From positions 1-26,655 of the IMG/VR virus record IMGVR_UViG_3300032330_001293: a DNA stretch of 26,655 nucleotides, one strand, 5' to 3'. The notes under the pieces were generated by a model. That model saw nothing but the letters and a program-made list of their open reading frames with translations, ran no database searches and had not been told where the DNA came from. Of this stretch, positions 7,298 through 16,285 are shown piece by piece. Each line of letters starts with the position of its first letter. The stretch's first letter is position 1. Source of the DNA: a virus (taxonomy: Duplodnaviria; Caudoviricetes). The position numbers were made by a program, and so were the translations under genes.

Positions 7298-7465
7298 TCA
7301 GTCCTCGGTTCTTTGTTTGTAGTACTTCTTCGGCATGGGCGCGTGCTTCTCAAGCATCTTGCGTATCCATGCGACACCGCCCAAGTCTTTCAACATGGCT
7401 CGGTGGGTTAGCGTTAGTCGTAGTTCCGCACGTGTCAGAGGCTCAACTGGCTTTGGTCTTGGCAT
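7298..7465 (-). CDS. 55-aa protein, possibly ribbon-helix-helix DNA-binding
   Basis: Below the track cutoff: MPRPKPVEPLTRAELRLTLTHRAMLKDLGGVAWIRKMLEKHAPMPKKYYKQRTED. Confidence 0.65.
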   Translation of the reverse strand: MPRPKPVEPLTRAELRLTLTHRAMLKDLGGVAWIRKMLEKHAPMPKKYYKQRTED

Positions 7466-7643
7466 TTAACAAGTTCCTTGTGGTTGTTCGTTTCGTCCAA
7501 CATACTGCACAGTACCATTTAGACGGGCTCATCTGGATGCCCCCCTCAGGGGGGCGCATCTCTTCACATTTGTTGCACAGCTTGTGCTTGTGTATGGGTT
7601 GCTTCCCGCCAATCGCAAGCTGTTGTTTTGCAAATCCACTCAC
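7443..7643 (-). CDS. Small Zn-ribbon protein
   Basis: CNKC...CAVC; coupled to the glutaredoxin stop codon. Confidence 0.7.
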   Translation of the reverse strand: MSGFAKQQLAIGGKQPIHKHKLCNKCEEMRPPEGGIQMSPSKWYCAVCWTKRTTTRNLLNAKTKAS

Positions 7644-7888
7644 GCAAGCACTCCCAGTTGTCTAAGCGCTACCTTCAAACCTTCCACGCCACCAACACGT
7701 TGGTCGTTGATAAAGATCTGCGGCATTTGCCTAGCGTCAGGAAACTCCTTGAGGAAGTTGGCCATACGTTCGCCTACCATGATGTCAACGTCGGCATACT
7801 TCAGCCCCGCACTCTCCAATATAAGTTTGGCTATGTTGCAGTTGGGGCAACTGTCTTTGGTGTACATGGTGATGTTTATGTTGTTCAT
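7640..7888 (-). CDS. Glutaredoxin
   Basis: YTKDSCPNC active site; QMPQIFIN..RVGG. Confidence 0.92.
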   Translation of the reverse strand: MNNINITMYTKDSCPNCNIAKLILESAGLKYADVDIMVGERMANFLKEFPDARQMPQIFINDQRVGGVEGLKVALRQLGVLA

Positions 7889-8337
7889 TTGTTTTCTCCT
7901 GTTATGCCGTGTGCGGCTTCGATGGCTCTGGCGAACTCATTTGCCCATCCCCGTGCATTTCGGTCTATGTGGTTTGTGCAAAGATAAATCTCCTCATCCG
8001 TCAGAGGCTTGCGCTGTGGTGGGGTGGTGTAGAGAGGTGTCACGTTTTGCACCATCTCGTCCATGTACGGCATTGCCTGCGAAAAAACGTTAAACGCCCA
8101 TTGCCTTCCGCGCAGGTCGTTTGTTCGGTATTTGGCTTGGTCGTATCTCCACGCCACAGGCTCATCTTTCGCTTCTAGTGCGGCTTTAATGGCGGTGATG
8201 GCTTGGTCATAACCACAATTGCACTTAGGATAGTTCTCTGGCTCTGCATACGTAGGCCACTGCGGACAAACATGGTCATGGTTGCCAAGGTTTTCCAACG
8301 CCTCCAATGCAAGGCGTAATACTTCGTCTTTGGTCAT
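7885..8337 (-). CDS. Hypothetical phage protein (EPVAW...PLYT...LTDEEI...FARAIEAAHGI type)
   Basis: Common modular early-gene motifs; overlap-coupled. Confidence 0.8.
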   Translation of the reverse strand: MTKDEVLRLALEALENLGNHDHVCPQWPTYAEPENYPKCNCGYDQAITAIKAALEAKDEPVAWRYDQAKYRTNDLRGRQWAFNVFSQAMPYMDEMVQNVTPLYTTPPQRKPLTDEEIYLCTNHIDRNARGWANEFARAIEAAHGITGENK

Positions 8338-8429
8338 AGCGGTGCATCCTCGTGATTGTCAGGGTTGAACTTGGGCACCTTCGTGCCCTTGTCCTTTGGA
8401 TTGGGAAATGGTGGAAAGGGCCACGTCAT
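8334..8429 (-). CDS. 31-aa peptide (MTWPFPPFPNP...)
   Basis: TAATG coupling upstream and ATGA coupling downstream. Confidence 0.6.
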   Translation of the reverse strand: MTWPFPPFPNPKDKGTKVPKFNPDNHEDAPL

Positions 8430-8632
8430 TATTCTCTCGCTTTTAGCATTGCGTCTGCCATCTCGTAGCTTGTTTTTGCCAAGCGTTCTTGCTGATGCTC
8501 TGACCAACCAGTGCATGAAGCCAACATGCCTTGCATTGCTTTCGCCGCAAAGTAGTCACGCATGCTGATGCCGTAGTTGCTCTCGTCTGGGAACGCTTGT
8601 TGCCTTTGATCTTCTCTCATCTTAACCTCCAA
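8429..8632 (-). CDS. Conserved small phage protein (GxxxRDYFAAKAMQ...AxxxYxxADAML family); probable ATG start at 8620
   Basis: AFP...GISMRDYFAAKAMQG...SYEMADAMLKARE. Confidence 0.85.
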   Translation of the reverse strand: MEVKMREDQRQQAFPDESNYGISMRDYFAAKAMQGMLASCTGWSEHQQERLAKTSYEMADAMLKARE

Positions 8633-9359
8633 AGATATTCTTCAGGTACTCGTACAACTCCTTAGCTTGGCGCACGTTCATGTCGTTCAGAATATCTTCT
8701 GGTGTGCGCGAGCGAATGATTGTGGTGATTGCACGCTTGCTTGTAGCTTCGGGTTGGAGAGCGGCAATGCCTTCACTCTGTGGTGCCGTAGCCTTAGCTG
8801 GTTTGATTTTGCTGTGCGCCTTCGGTTTCTTGGTGTACTTCTGCGCCGCCTTCATTGGGATGTAGTCGTCCACAGTTACGCGATAGCCGTGGTTGTTATC
8901 TCGCACAGCTTGACCTGAACGAACGAACTGCGCCATGAGTGCGGTAATGGATGACCCTTTGAACCCTTGCTTGGCAAGATCTTTACAAGCGGCGGCGGCT
9001 GTCGTGCCGGGGTGGAGTTTCACGTAGTCAAATGTTGCACGTGTTACGTTGTTCTTGATGGGGAATGTAATTCTCTTGGACATAGATTTCTCCTTGGGTT
9101 GTTGAACTGACTGAACTGGTTTGTTGGTGGGGGTGGGTTCCCACGTTTCGATTGCGTTTTTGAGTGCTGACTGAAGATCAGGCATGACCGTTCCCTTTCT
9201 ATTTACGAGGTTGTTAAGAATTTCTTTTGCTTCGATGGCACCCCCGCTAGGAGGGGGCGCAGTCTTGTTGAGGTCGGGCAGAGGTGCGCCATAAAGACGC
9301 CTCTCTACCTCAGACGCAGTCAGATACTTTTTGGGTGTAGCTGATCGGCGGAAGCGCAT
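8622..9359 (-). CDS. Putative winged-helix DNA-binding protein (start 9359, alternative 9185)
   Basis: GGAG RBS and TGATG coupling at 9359. Central TFDYVKLHPGTT...SITALMAQFVRSGQAVR..GYRV resembles a wHTH. Confidence 0.65.
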   Translation of the reverse strand: MRFRRSATPKKYLTASEVERRLYGAPLPDLNKTAPPPSGGAIEAKEILNNLVNRKGTVMPDLQSALKNAIETWEPTPTNKPVQSVQQPKEKSMSKRITFPIKNNVTRATFDYVKLHPGTTAAAACKDLAKQGFKGSSITALMAQFVRSGQAVRDNNHGYRVTVDDYIPMKAAQKYTKKPKAHSKIKPAKATAPQSEGIAALQPEATSKRAITTIIRSRTPEDILNDMNVRQAKELYEYLKNIFGG

Positions 9360-9517
9360 CACAACTCCAAGCGTTGTACACGATGTGCTAACAACCACTT
9401 GTCACCAAGCCTACGGATAGACTGCACCCACTGGCGTTGGTAGTAGCGGATTGTTTCGGGTGGTGCGTCATAGCTTGCGAACAACTGGCGCACGTGTGTT
9501 AGGTAATGAGTATTCAT
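9359..9517 (-). CDS. 52-aa hypothetical protein
   Basis: Manual translation MNTHYLTHVRQLF...RQWVQSIRRLGDKWLLA...; AGGAAGGA RBS. Confidence 0.7.
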   Translation of the reverse strand: MNTHYLTHVRQLFASYDAPPETIRYYQRQWVQSIRRLGDKWLLAHRVQRLEL

Positions 9518-9532
9518 ATTCCTTCCTGTGTT

Positions 9533-10417
9533 TTAGAAGTTGAACTTGTCGAGGATTGCATCGACGTTCTTCTTGACGTCTTGACGGATAGCCTCGTTCT
9601 TGCGCAGATCAGCAGGCGTGACACCCACAAGCAACTGCTCCAACTGACTACGTGCAGTCTCAAGGGCTACGTCATTGGTTACGTTCAACGACTTAGTGAG
9701 ATCACACAACTCAAGCGCACCATCGACAAGCGTGTCGTGGAAGCGCCGTTGCTTAGCCTCGCCGTTCACATAGTCAGTAGTCAATCTGTCTGACATACGT
9801 TTGAGGTGAGTGCTAAGTCTTTCACGCACATCTGCCATAGCAGAGTCGATGCGTTCCTGTGTCAGAGATTCAAGGCGAGCCTTGAGTTCTGCCTGTGCTT
9901 GGTTGCCCACATCCACGCGGAAGTCACCCGATGATGGGACTGGCATGTAGTTAACGCGGAATGAGAACTTAGTCATGATCTCATTGGCGGTGGGGTAGTC
10001 ATCTCTCTTGAACATATCGCCAAGAGCAAGAGCCTGCGCTGTGATAAGCGTAGGGTAGATCGCAACGAAAGCCTTGACCAATGACTCCATCTCTTCCTCG
10101 AAATCATTCATGCGCTCAGTGAACTTCATGAAGTTGACAGTAGGTAAGAGGCGTAAGCCTGAGTCAGACCAAGGCGCTGTGTTGTCGTACACGAACTGAC
10201 GTGCTCGGCCTACGGCCTGCTGAATGATGTCTAGCTCTGTGCGACCTGCGAGCAGGTGCTTGTTAACACGGGCGGCATCCTTAGCGCCTGCGTTCTTGCT
10301 TGCCACCACCTCATCGGTGGTTGACTTGTCGAGCTTGCGTGCTGTCCACACAGAAGCGTTGAACTCCACAAGCATTGCGCATGTGTCGAGATTGTGGCGT
10401 GGTGTAGTTGTTGTCAT
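9533..10417 (-). CDS. DUF3150-like helical phage protein
   Basis: WTARKLD, VNKHLL, PWSDSGLRLLP, DYP motifs; this family usually accompanies phage AAA/VWA pairs. Confidence 0.7.
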   Translation of the reverse strand: MTTTTPRHNLDTCAMLVEFNASVWTARKLDKSTTDEVVASKNAGAKDAARVNKHLLAGRTELDIIQQAVGRARQFVYDNTAPWSDSGLRLLPTVNFMKFTERMNDFEEEMESLVKAFVAIYPTLITAQALALGDMFKRDDYPTANEIMTKFSFRVNYMPVPSSGDFRVDVGNQAQAELKARLESLTQERIDSAMADVRERLSTHLKRMSDRLTTDYVNGEAKQRRFHDTLVDGALELCDLTKSLNVTNDVALETARSQLEQLLVGVTPADLRKNEAIRQDVKKNVDAILDKFNF

Positions 10418-10429
10418 GATAAAGACTCC

Positions 10430-10672
10430 TTAAACTGTGTTGCGGGGATTTTTGAGATAGTTTTTTAGCGCTTGCGCGACGAGTGTTTCAAACTCGTAGG
10501 TGTTGTTCACAATCATTCGGCGAAAGTTGTCAGGGTTGTTGAACGCTTCGCGCACAACTTCGTGTGCAACCTTTGACGCTAGGTTGATGATGTGGCTGTC
10601 TACCTCCTTCTTTAAGTCATCATCACCGAACTGCGTTTGTAATGCCAGTGAGTTAGTTACTGGGTCTGTCAT
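10430..10672 (-). CDS. Hypothetical protein
   Basis: AGGAG RBS; coupled to the upstream gene. Confidence 0.75.
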   Translation of the reverse strand: MTDPVTNSLALQTQFGDDDLKKEVDSHIINLASKVAHEVVREAFNNPDNFRRMIVNNTYEFETLVAQALKNYLKNPRNTV

Positions 10673-11025
10673 TTAACTTCTCCTTTCATTTTGTGCATAC
10701 GCACCATGTTGAGTGCGGCTTGTTTTGGTTTAGCTTTTACGCTGTCGAGTATCTTTTGGTATGCATCCCACAGCACAAACTTGTCCGCGCTATTGAGCGC
10801 AGTTCTGTATGACTCGTCGTGGTAAGGCAGGCCCTTGATGTCGTACAGACGAAAGCCGTGGCGGTCATTACCAATCCAAAACTCTAGGCCTGAACTCATG
10901 TGCGTTATCCTGTACTCGCTGAGCTTCCATTCACCTTCTTCGAACAGGGGCAGTATCTCCTTGCCCAACTCCGACATGCGCTTCTCGCACATGCGGAGGA
11001 ATAGCTTGTATGCAAACTTCCGCAT
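10669..11025 (-). CDS. Hypothetical protein
   Basis: GAGGTG RBS; co-oriented and fills the gap. Confidence 0.75.
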   Translation of the reverse strand: MRKFAYKLFLRMCEKRMSELGKEILPLFEEGEWKLSEYRITHMSSGLEFWIGNDRHGFRLYDIKGLPYHDESYRTALNSADKFVLWDAYQKILDSVKAKPKQAALNMVRMHKMKGEVK

Positions 11026-11033
11026 GCGTCACC

Positions 11034-12158
11034 TCACTTGGTTGAGAAAAAGATCTTGTGCTCGGCCAACATGCGACCGAACTCATTGATGGTTGCGAAC
11101 ATAGCCACACGCTGACTTGTTGCCACTGTGTTGCAGAAGATCGACTGCATCTCTGCACGCATACGCCACACATACTTGACGATAGCCTCAGCCTCGGTGC
11201 GATCGGCCACACGGGTAACGAACTGGAATACCTGAATGAGTTGCGCCGTAGGGTTGTCAGACAGCGGCGCTGTGTCTGGTGACTTGATGACACGAGAGTA
11301 CTCGCAGATCTCACGACCGAAGCGAATGAACGATGACAATGCTTGCGCAGTAGTAGCACCGACAGTACCAACGAGAGCAGACTCAAGCGTGTCGTCATCG
11401 AGAACACCAAGACCTGTGTCGAGGATGTCGCTAGCGGCAACGAGTGAGCGAGGCGTAGCGTATGCAAGTTGCATAGACTTGGGGTTGAAGATGAAGCCGT
11501 TGTCCTTGGACAAGTCCTTGCCCTCGAACATACCGCCCTTCTCGTAGTCCATGAATGATTGCATAACACGTGGCTCGTTGCTAACGAACGCGATAATCAT
11601 TGGGTTGATCTGATTGTCAGTAGCCCACTTGACCCACTCGTCAGCCGTAGGCTTACGCATCTTGACGAACACAAGACGATTGCGTAGGTGCGCTTGGATG
11701 GAATCACCAAGACCCTCGACTGACAGATTGGTAGCACAGAACACAACGCTACCCTCGGGCATGTCAAGGTTACCAACACGACGCTCGTACACGATAGGCG
11801 CAAGAACATTCTTGATGAACTGCGGTGCCTTGGCGATCTCATCGAGCATGACGATGATAGGCTTGGAGTTGTTGACACCGAGTTGGTTGTTGGCACTAAC
11901 ACCGAAGCGCTCGTTGGGTAACTCACGCGATACGCCGTTCTCACGATCGAGGTCGGGCATCCACACAGAGCCGTCAGACAACTGCGTGCAGTCGACAGGC
12001 TTGACTGCGATGTGGTCAGCGAACTTGGGTAACTTACGCAAGGCATGGAAGAGAGCAGTCTTGCCGATGCCGTTCTCGCCCTCGACGATCACTGTGCGCT
12101 TGTCACCGATAGCGGCGATGAGGTTCAATACTTGTTGTGCAGATAAAAAGTTGTTCAT
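11034..12158 (-). CDS. MoxR/AAA_5-like AAA+ ATPase
   Basis: Walker A GENGIGKT, Walker B IVMLDE, sensor CATN, Arg finger LRNRL, TPRS; GGAG RBS before ATG 12158. Confidence 0.9.
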   Translation of the reverse strand: MNNFLSAQQVLNLIAAIGDKRTVIVEGENGIGKTALFHALRKLPKFADHIAVKPVDCTQLSDGSVWMPDLDRENGVSRELPNERFGVSANNQLGVNNSKPIIVMLDEIAKAPQFIKNVLAPIVYERRVGNLDMPEGSVVFCATNLSVEGLGDSIQAHLRNRLVFVKMRKPTADEWVKWATDNQINPMIIAFVSNEPRVMQSFMDYEKGGMFEGKDLSKDNGFIFNPKSMQLAYATPRSLVAASDILDTGLGVLDDDTLESALVGTVGATTAQALSSFIRFGREICEYSRVIKSPDTAPLSDNPTAQLIQVFQFVTRVADRTEAEAIVKYVWRMRAEMQSIFCNTVATSQRVAMFATINEFGRMLAEHKIFFSTK

Positions 12159-12181
12159 GATAAAGATCTCCAAAGATTAAG

Positions 12182-13384
12182 TTAAACAGAAATACGCAGG
12201 ACTTTGCCGTGAGTAGGAACGAATGTCTCGTTCTCCACCACACCCCACAGAGACGGCATAGGAGTGCTAGGGGTATCGCAACCGAGGTAACCATCTGTTA
12301 ACCAGACGATTGCCCGAGCGTCGATCTTGTGTTCCTTGATGTAGTCAACGACAACATCAGGAGTAGTACCGCCACCGCCCTTGGGTTTCATGAGCGTAGC
12401 GATCTGTTCGTAGTCAGCAGGCTTGAATGATTGGTCACCGCATACACTGGTGTCCCACCACAACACACGCACACCCGCAGGCTTGGTGATGTTGCAGATG
12501 CGAGCGATCTCACCGAACAGCAGACGATAGTAAGGATACATTGAGCCCGATGTATCGACAGCGAGGATGAGTTCACCGACTGACTCAGTGAAGTGCGAGG
12601 GCATAACGAAACCGCTAGCGAGCAGGCGCTTGTTGGGAGGACAGAAGCGTGAGTTGTCATCGCCCGCAGAGATAGAGCTAATCCATTCCTGAAGCGCTTG
12701 CTTCCAGTCAGTCGTGCGTTCCTTGGCAGTGCCTAAGATGTCACGACCACCCGCCTCCTTGCCCGCGAGCTTGCGTGCAAGTATCTCGCCTTGACGATTG
12801 GCATCGTCGATCTGCTTGCCAAGCTTCTCTTGCTCGACTGGGTTGTCATCGAACTCGCCGTCCTCGTGCGCATCGATGGGCTCATCGAAGTCACCACTAC
12901 CATTGTCGCCACCCTCACCACTCTCGGGTTCCTTCTTGCCCTGCTTGATGAGGTCATTGAGAACTTGAGGGAAAGACCAACCGAAGTACTTGCGGTCAAT
13001 CAGTAGCGTAGGCGTAGGACGATCAACGAACTTGAAGTCAGGGTCGAGTTCCTCGATGAGTGCATTGACCACATAGTCCTGTGCTACGTTGGTGAGCTTG
13101 GGCATCTTGCGCACGTACTCTCTGAACAAGATGCAGTGCTTGAGGGCTACGTGAAAGTTCTCGTGGAGAACAAGGTAACGCAGTTGCTTGCGTGTGAGTG
13201 GGGCAATGAAGTCAGCGCCATACTTCTTGTCACGACCATTGGTAGCGGCAGTCGGTATCTTGTCTGACACTTCGCTCTTGCCTAGCATGATGACACCTGA
13301 CAGCAAGGCGAACTTAGGGTGACGCATACAGTCAATGTTTGCGGCTTGGACTCTCTGCGTGAGAGTCATCTTCTCATAGCTCAT
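12182..13384 (-). CDS. DUF2201-like metallopeptidase plus VWA domain protein
   Basis: TAATNG, HENFH (HExxH), N..QD..VN; MIDAS DTSGS, GGGGT, LTDG. Confidence 0.9.
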   Translation of the reverse strand: MSYEKMTLTQRVQAANIDCMRHPKFALLSGVIMLGKSEVSDKIPTAATNGRDKKYGADFIAPLTRKQLRYLVLHENFHVALKHCILFREYVRKMPKLTNVAQDYVVNALIEELDPDFKFVDRPTPTLLIDRKYFGWSFPQVLNDLIKQGKKEPESGEGGDNGSGDFDEPIDAHEDGEFDDNPVEQEKLGKQIDDANRQGEILARKLAGKEAGGRDILGTAKERTTDWKQALQEWISSISAGDDNSRFCPPNKRLLASGFVMPSHFTESVGELILAVDTSGSMYPYYRLLFGEIARICNITKPAGVRVLWWDTSVCGDQSFKPADYEQIATLMKPKGGGGTTPDVVVDYIKEHKIDARAIVWLTDGYLGCDTPSTPMPSLWGVVENETFVPTHGKVLRISV

Positions 13385-13411
13385 AGTGCTTCTCCTGTTT
13401 TGTTTAAAAGA

Positions 13412-13447
13412 ATTATAGCATAGGTTGTCAAAGACTTGACAACCTAT
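13412..13447 (-). promoter_or_regulatory. Extended -10 promoter overlapped by a 12-bp-arm palindrome
   Basis: Minus-strand TGcTATAAT (13420-13412); ATAGGTTGTCAA-agac-TTGACAACCTAT at 13420-13447. Confidence 0.6.
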
Positions 13448-13476
13448 CGGAAACCCTGACGTGTGTCAGGTGTAGT

Positions 13477-14451
13477 TTAGGTGTGGATATTACTACGGGG
13501 GTATTCAGAATACTTAGGGAATTGTTTCACCTCCTCTGGTTTCTTCATCGAGTTGCTACCAACGTATTTGTGTATCCTGTCAAGGATGGCACGCCTGAAC
13601 TCGGGCATCTCGATGGGCTTGTCCAAGTCGTCGACTGTACTCTCGGGCGCATTGTTTCTATTCCACCATGTGCCTGCTATGTGGAAGCCCGACTGTTCCA
13701 TACCGCGCTTGGATGCGATGATGTCGTAGGCTTTCTGACACATCTCAAAGAACACATCAATGTCCTGTTGTCTTGGCTCGGGGTCAGTCCACATCTCTTG
13801 TATCGCCATGTAATAGGCGCGGTTGAATCCCTCGCCACCGAACTTGACACCAAAGCGCCGATCAATCTTGCACTCAGCCCTGAACTCAGGCATACGCATC
13901 TGTGCAAGCATGATGTAGGGCTCGAAGTGTGCGGCTACTTGTTGCTTGAACTTGCGGACATCGGTGTCCGCGACTAGTCGGTAGTGCGGTGTATGTTGCG
14001 AGCGTGTGGTGTCAAGGTTGCCGTCAACCCAATAAGAATTTAAACTAAACATCACGCCGTCGTCACGCATGAATCCCTTGGTATAGATCGGCATGATCGT
14101 GCGTTCGTCTGCATGCACGCCGTCACTCCACAATGTGTTGGCACCACACTCAACGCGTAGCGTGTGCGACATGAACTGCCTGCTAGTCTGCGAGCCGTGA
14201 CCCATGTACAACCTACGCTCGACGCGCTTGCCGTCCTCTACCTTGGGCTCGTAGAACCGCGCCATGATAGTTTGGTACAGCTTGATGTCGAAGTACTTGC
14301 CGTAATCGTTAACGCCCTCGATGAGTCGGTGATGCGTCACTGGTTTGGGGTCAAGTGGTCGCTCGTTGGGTTGCCACTTGCTACTGCGCACTGGCCCACG
14401 TAATGCAAATGTGCCCAATGCCTCGTCATAGTTTCTGCAAAGATATGCCAT
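13477..14451 (-). CDS. Hypothetical phage protein (324 aa)
   Basis: Long ORF with GGAG RBS. Confidence 0.85.
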   Translation of the reverse strand: MAYLCRNYDEALGTFALRGPVRSSKWQPNERPLDPKPVTHHRLIEGVNDYGKYFDIKLYQTIMARFYEPKVEDGKRVERRLYMGHGSQTSRQFMSHTLRVECGANTLWSDGVHADERTIMPIYTKGFMRDDGVMFSLNSYWVDGNLDTTRSQHTPHYRLVADTDVRKFKQQVAAHFEPYIMLAQMRMPEFRAECKIDRRFGVKFGGEGFNRAYYMAIQEMWTDPEPRQQDIDVFFEMCQKAYDIIASKRGMEQSGFHIAGTWWNRNNAPESTVDDLDKPIEMPEFRRAILDRIHKYVGSNSMKKPEEVKQFPKYSEYPRSNIHT

Positions 14452-14456
14452 GATAA

Positions 14457-14864
14457 TTACTCCTGTGTTGTGATTGATGTTGTTACTGGGAAACTTGTGC
14501 GTACTTCATGTATTGTCTCGATGTACTCGTACAAATCTCCGACGCTGTCGTCTTCGTCGCAGTCTTCTGCGCCATCCTCTCCGACTGTGATTAGTCGGTA
14601 TCTACCTCCCTTCTCTTCTCCATAAATTTCTACTGCCTCACGCATGAGTGCGTTGTGCGCCTTCACCTCGTCGTATGTTGTATACCACTTCACGCTTTGT
14701 GTTTCAAAGGTGATGATCGGGTCATCCTCATATCGGTACTCGCACTCGTCAAGCGCTTGTGTTATCCACTTGTCGTTCTTCGCAAGCATGAGCGTCACGA
14801 AGTTGTCGCGTGTCTCGATGTCGTCGAACTTGATTACGTATGCTACGTCTGATCTGTATCCCAT
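14457..14864 (-). CDS. Acidic hypothetical protein (MGYRSDV-type)
   Basis: GAGGAG RBS; D/E-rich. Confidence 0.82.
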   Translation of the reverse strand: MGYRSDVAYVIKFDDIETRDNFVTLMLAKNDKWITQALDECEYRYEDDPIITFETQSVKWYTTYDEVKAHNALMREAVEIYGEEKGGRYRLITVGEDGAEDCDEDDSVGDLYEYIETIHEVRTSFPVTTSITTQE

Positions 14865-14866
14865 GA

Positions 14867-15532
14867 TTACTCCTCGTTGATTAAGATGCCACGTTTATCG
14901 AAGCGCCATCCGTTGATGTCGCACAGGTCTTTGAAGTACTCCTCGCTTGTGTATGAGTGGTACTCGTCGCGCAGTTGGTTGTAGATCTCGTCGGCGTACT
15001 TCTGCGCTTTGTGTAGTGACCAGTTGCCTAGCTCGATCAGCAGTTCCTCGTAGTCAATAGACTTGGCAAGCTCTTGTACGTTAGCGCCTTCGAGGATGCC
15101 GCCATCTATGACTGAGTCTTTGTCTGCGTAGTACAGGCGGTCGTCAATGTCTGCGCTTCGCATCGTGCCGCTGTGGTTGTAGTAGAAGCCACTTCTGCTG
15201 ACCTCTATAAACTCTTCACACCACCCATCTTTGATTAACTCTGCGAGTACTGTGTACTGCGCGAAGTCGCCTGCATCTGGCTTGACGTGGTATGCGATGA
15301 AGTCCACGAGATTGATTCGCCCTGTCCATGACGCGCCGTCACCTTGTGAGTGAAAGCCGCTGAACTGTACCTCGTCGATGTTGAAGCCCCTTGCGGGGCC
15401 CTCCGCTTTTGCGCTGTTGATGATCTCGTCATGCCAGTCGTCGGGTGGTTGGCCATACTCCGCGATAGCGTGGTACTTGGCATTTTGTGGGAGTTCGCTG
15501 AACTCGTATGCTTTTATCTGTACTGTGTCCAT
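14867..15532 (-). CDS. Acidic hypothetical phage protein
   Basis: YEFSEL..AK..AI, FSGFHSQGDGASW motifs; co-oriented. Confidence 0.82.
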   Translation of the reverse strand: MDTVQIKAYEFSELPQNAKYHAIAEYGQPPDDWHDEIINSAKAEGPARGFNIDEVQFSGFHSQGDGASWTGRINLVDFIAYHVKPDAGDFAQYTVLAELIKDGWCEEFIEVSRSGFYYNHSGTMRSADIDDRLYYADKDSVIDGGILEGANVQELAKSIDYEELLIELGNWSLHKAQKYADEIYNQLRDEYHSYTSEEYFKDLCDINGWRFDKRGILINEE

Positions 15533-15536
15533 GATG

Positions 15537-15965
15537 TTAGTCCACTGAGATGGTTGCGGTGATAGTGACGTTGTCCTTAATAGCGGCTGTGACTACGTCG
15601 CTGAAGTCGAAGTCGTTGATCGCATCGTTGACCGCGTCGCTGATCTGACTGTCGAAGTCGTGATCTTCTACCGCACTTGTTGCGATGTCGTTGATTGCGT
15701 CCTCACTGATGTGATACTCGTCGTCGACGTGTCGCTCGACTGCGCCCTCTGCGGCGGCTAATGCAATCTCTTGGACTCGCGAGATGAAGCCCTCGTCAAT
15801 AAGTCGCATGGTGCGGTGGTTGGTGAGGATCTCGTTGACTTGTGCCGTGACGATGTCGCGGATGTAGTTGTCGATCAACGCCATGAGCGTGGTCATCAGC
15901 GCCGCTGTTGGCTGAGTGACTTGAGGGATTGTTGTTGTTTCAACTGTTGATGTGGTTTGTTCCAT
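15537..15965 (-). CDS. Acidic helical hypothetical protein
   Basis: GGAG RBS; D-rich quasi-repeats. Confidence 0.8.
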   Translation of the reverse strand: MEQTTSTVETTTIPQVTQPTAALMTTLMALIDNYIRDIVTAQVNEILTNHRTMRLIDEGFISRVQEIALAAAEGAVERHVDDEYHISEDAINDIATSAVEDHDFDSQISDAVNDAINDFDFSDVVTAAIKDNVTITATISVD

Positions 15966-16079
15966 GATAAATCTCCAAAAAATTAAAAATCAATAAAAGA
16001 TGCGGACGTTTTGTCCGCGAGTTAAAAACGTGGCGGGATGCCACAGAAGAAATGACCGTTCTCTTTGTTTTGCGTTGTG

Positions 16080-16199
16080 TTAATCCCCCCTTGGTGAATA
16101 AAAAGCTGTACAAATAAACCACAAGCCCCACCCTAGCGAGGTCGAGTAGTCGCCGATGAACCAACATCCAATACATATCAATATGAAATCAAGCATCAT
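16080..16199 (-). CDS. 39-aa hydrophobic (membrane) peptide
   Basis: MMLDFILICIGCWFIG...LGWGLWFICTAFY; GGAGG RBS, ATGA coupling. Confidence 0.6.
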   Translation of the reverse strand: MMLDFILICIGCWFIGDYSTSLGWGLWFICTAFYSPRGD

Positions 16200-16285
16200 G
16201 GCCTCCAATAAAAAAGATCTAACACAATGACGATGACGCCCAAGAGCATCACCACTCTTTCTAACTTCTCCCATTTACTGTGCAT
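16196..16285 (-). CDS. 29-aa single-TM peptide
   Basis: MHSKWEKLERVVMLLGVIVIVLDLFYWRP; AGGAGG RBS. Confidence 0.7.
   Translation of the reverse strand: MHSKWEKLERVVMLLGVIVIVLDLFYWRP

Noticed and set aside
7536-7560. GC-rich inverted repeat GCCCCCCT-C-AGGGGGGC
   Set aside because: It lies within coding sequence (Pro-Pro-Glu-Gly-Gly), has no U-tract, and is explained by the codons.
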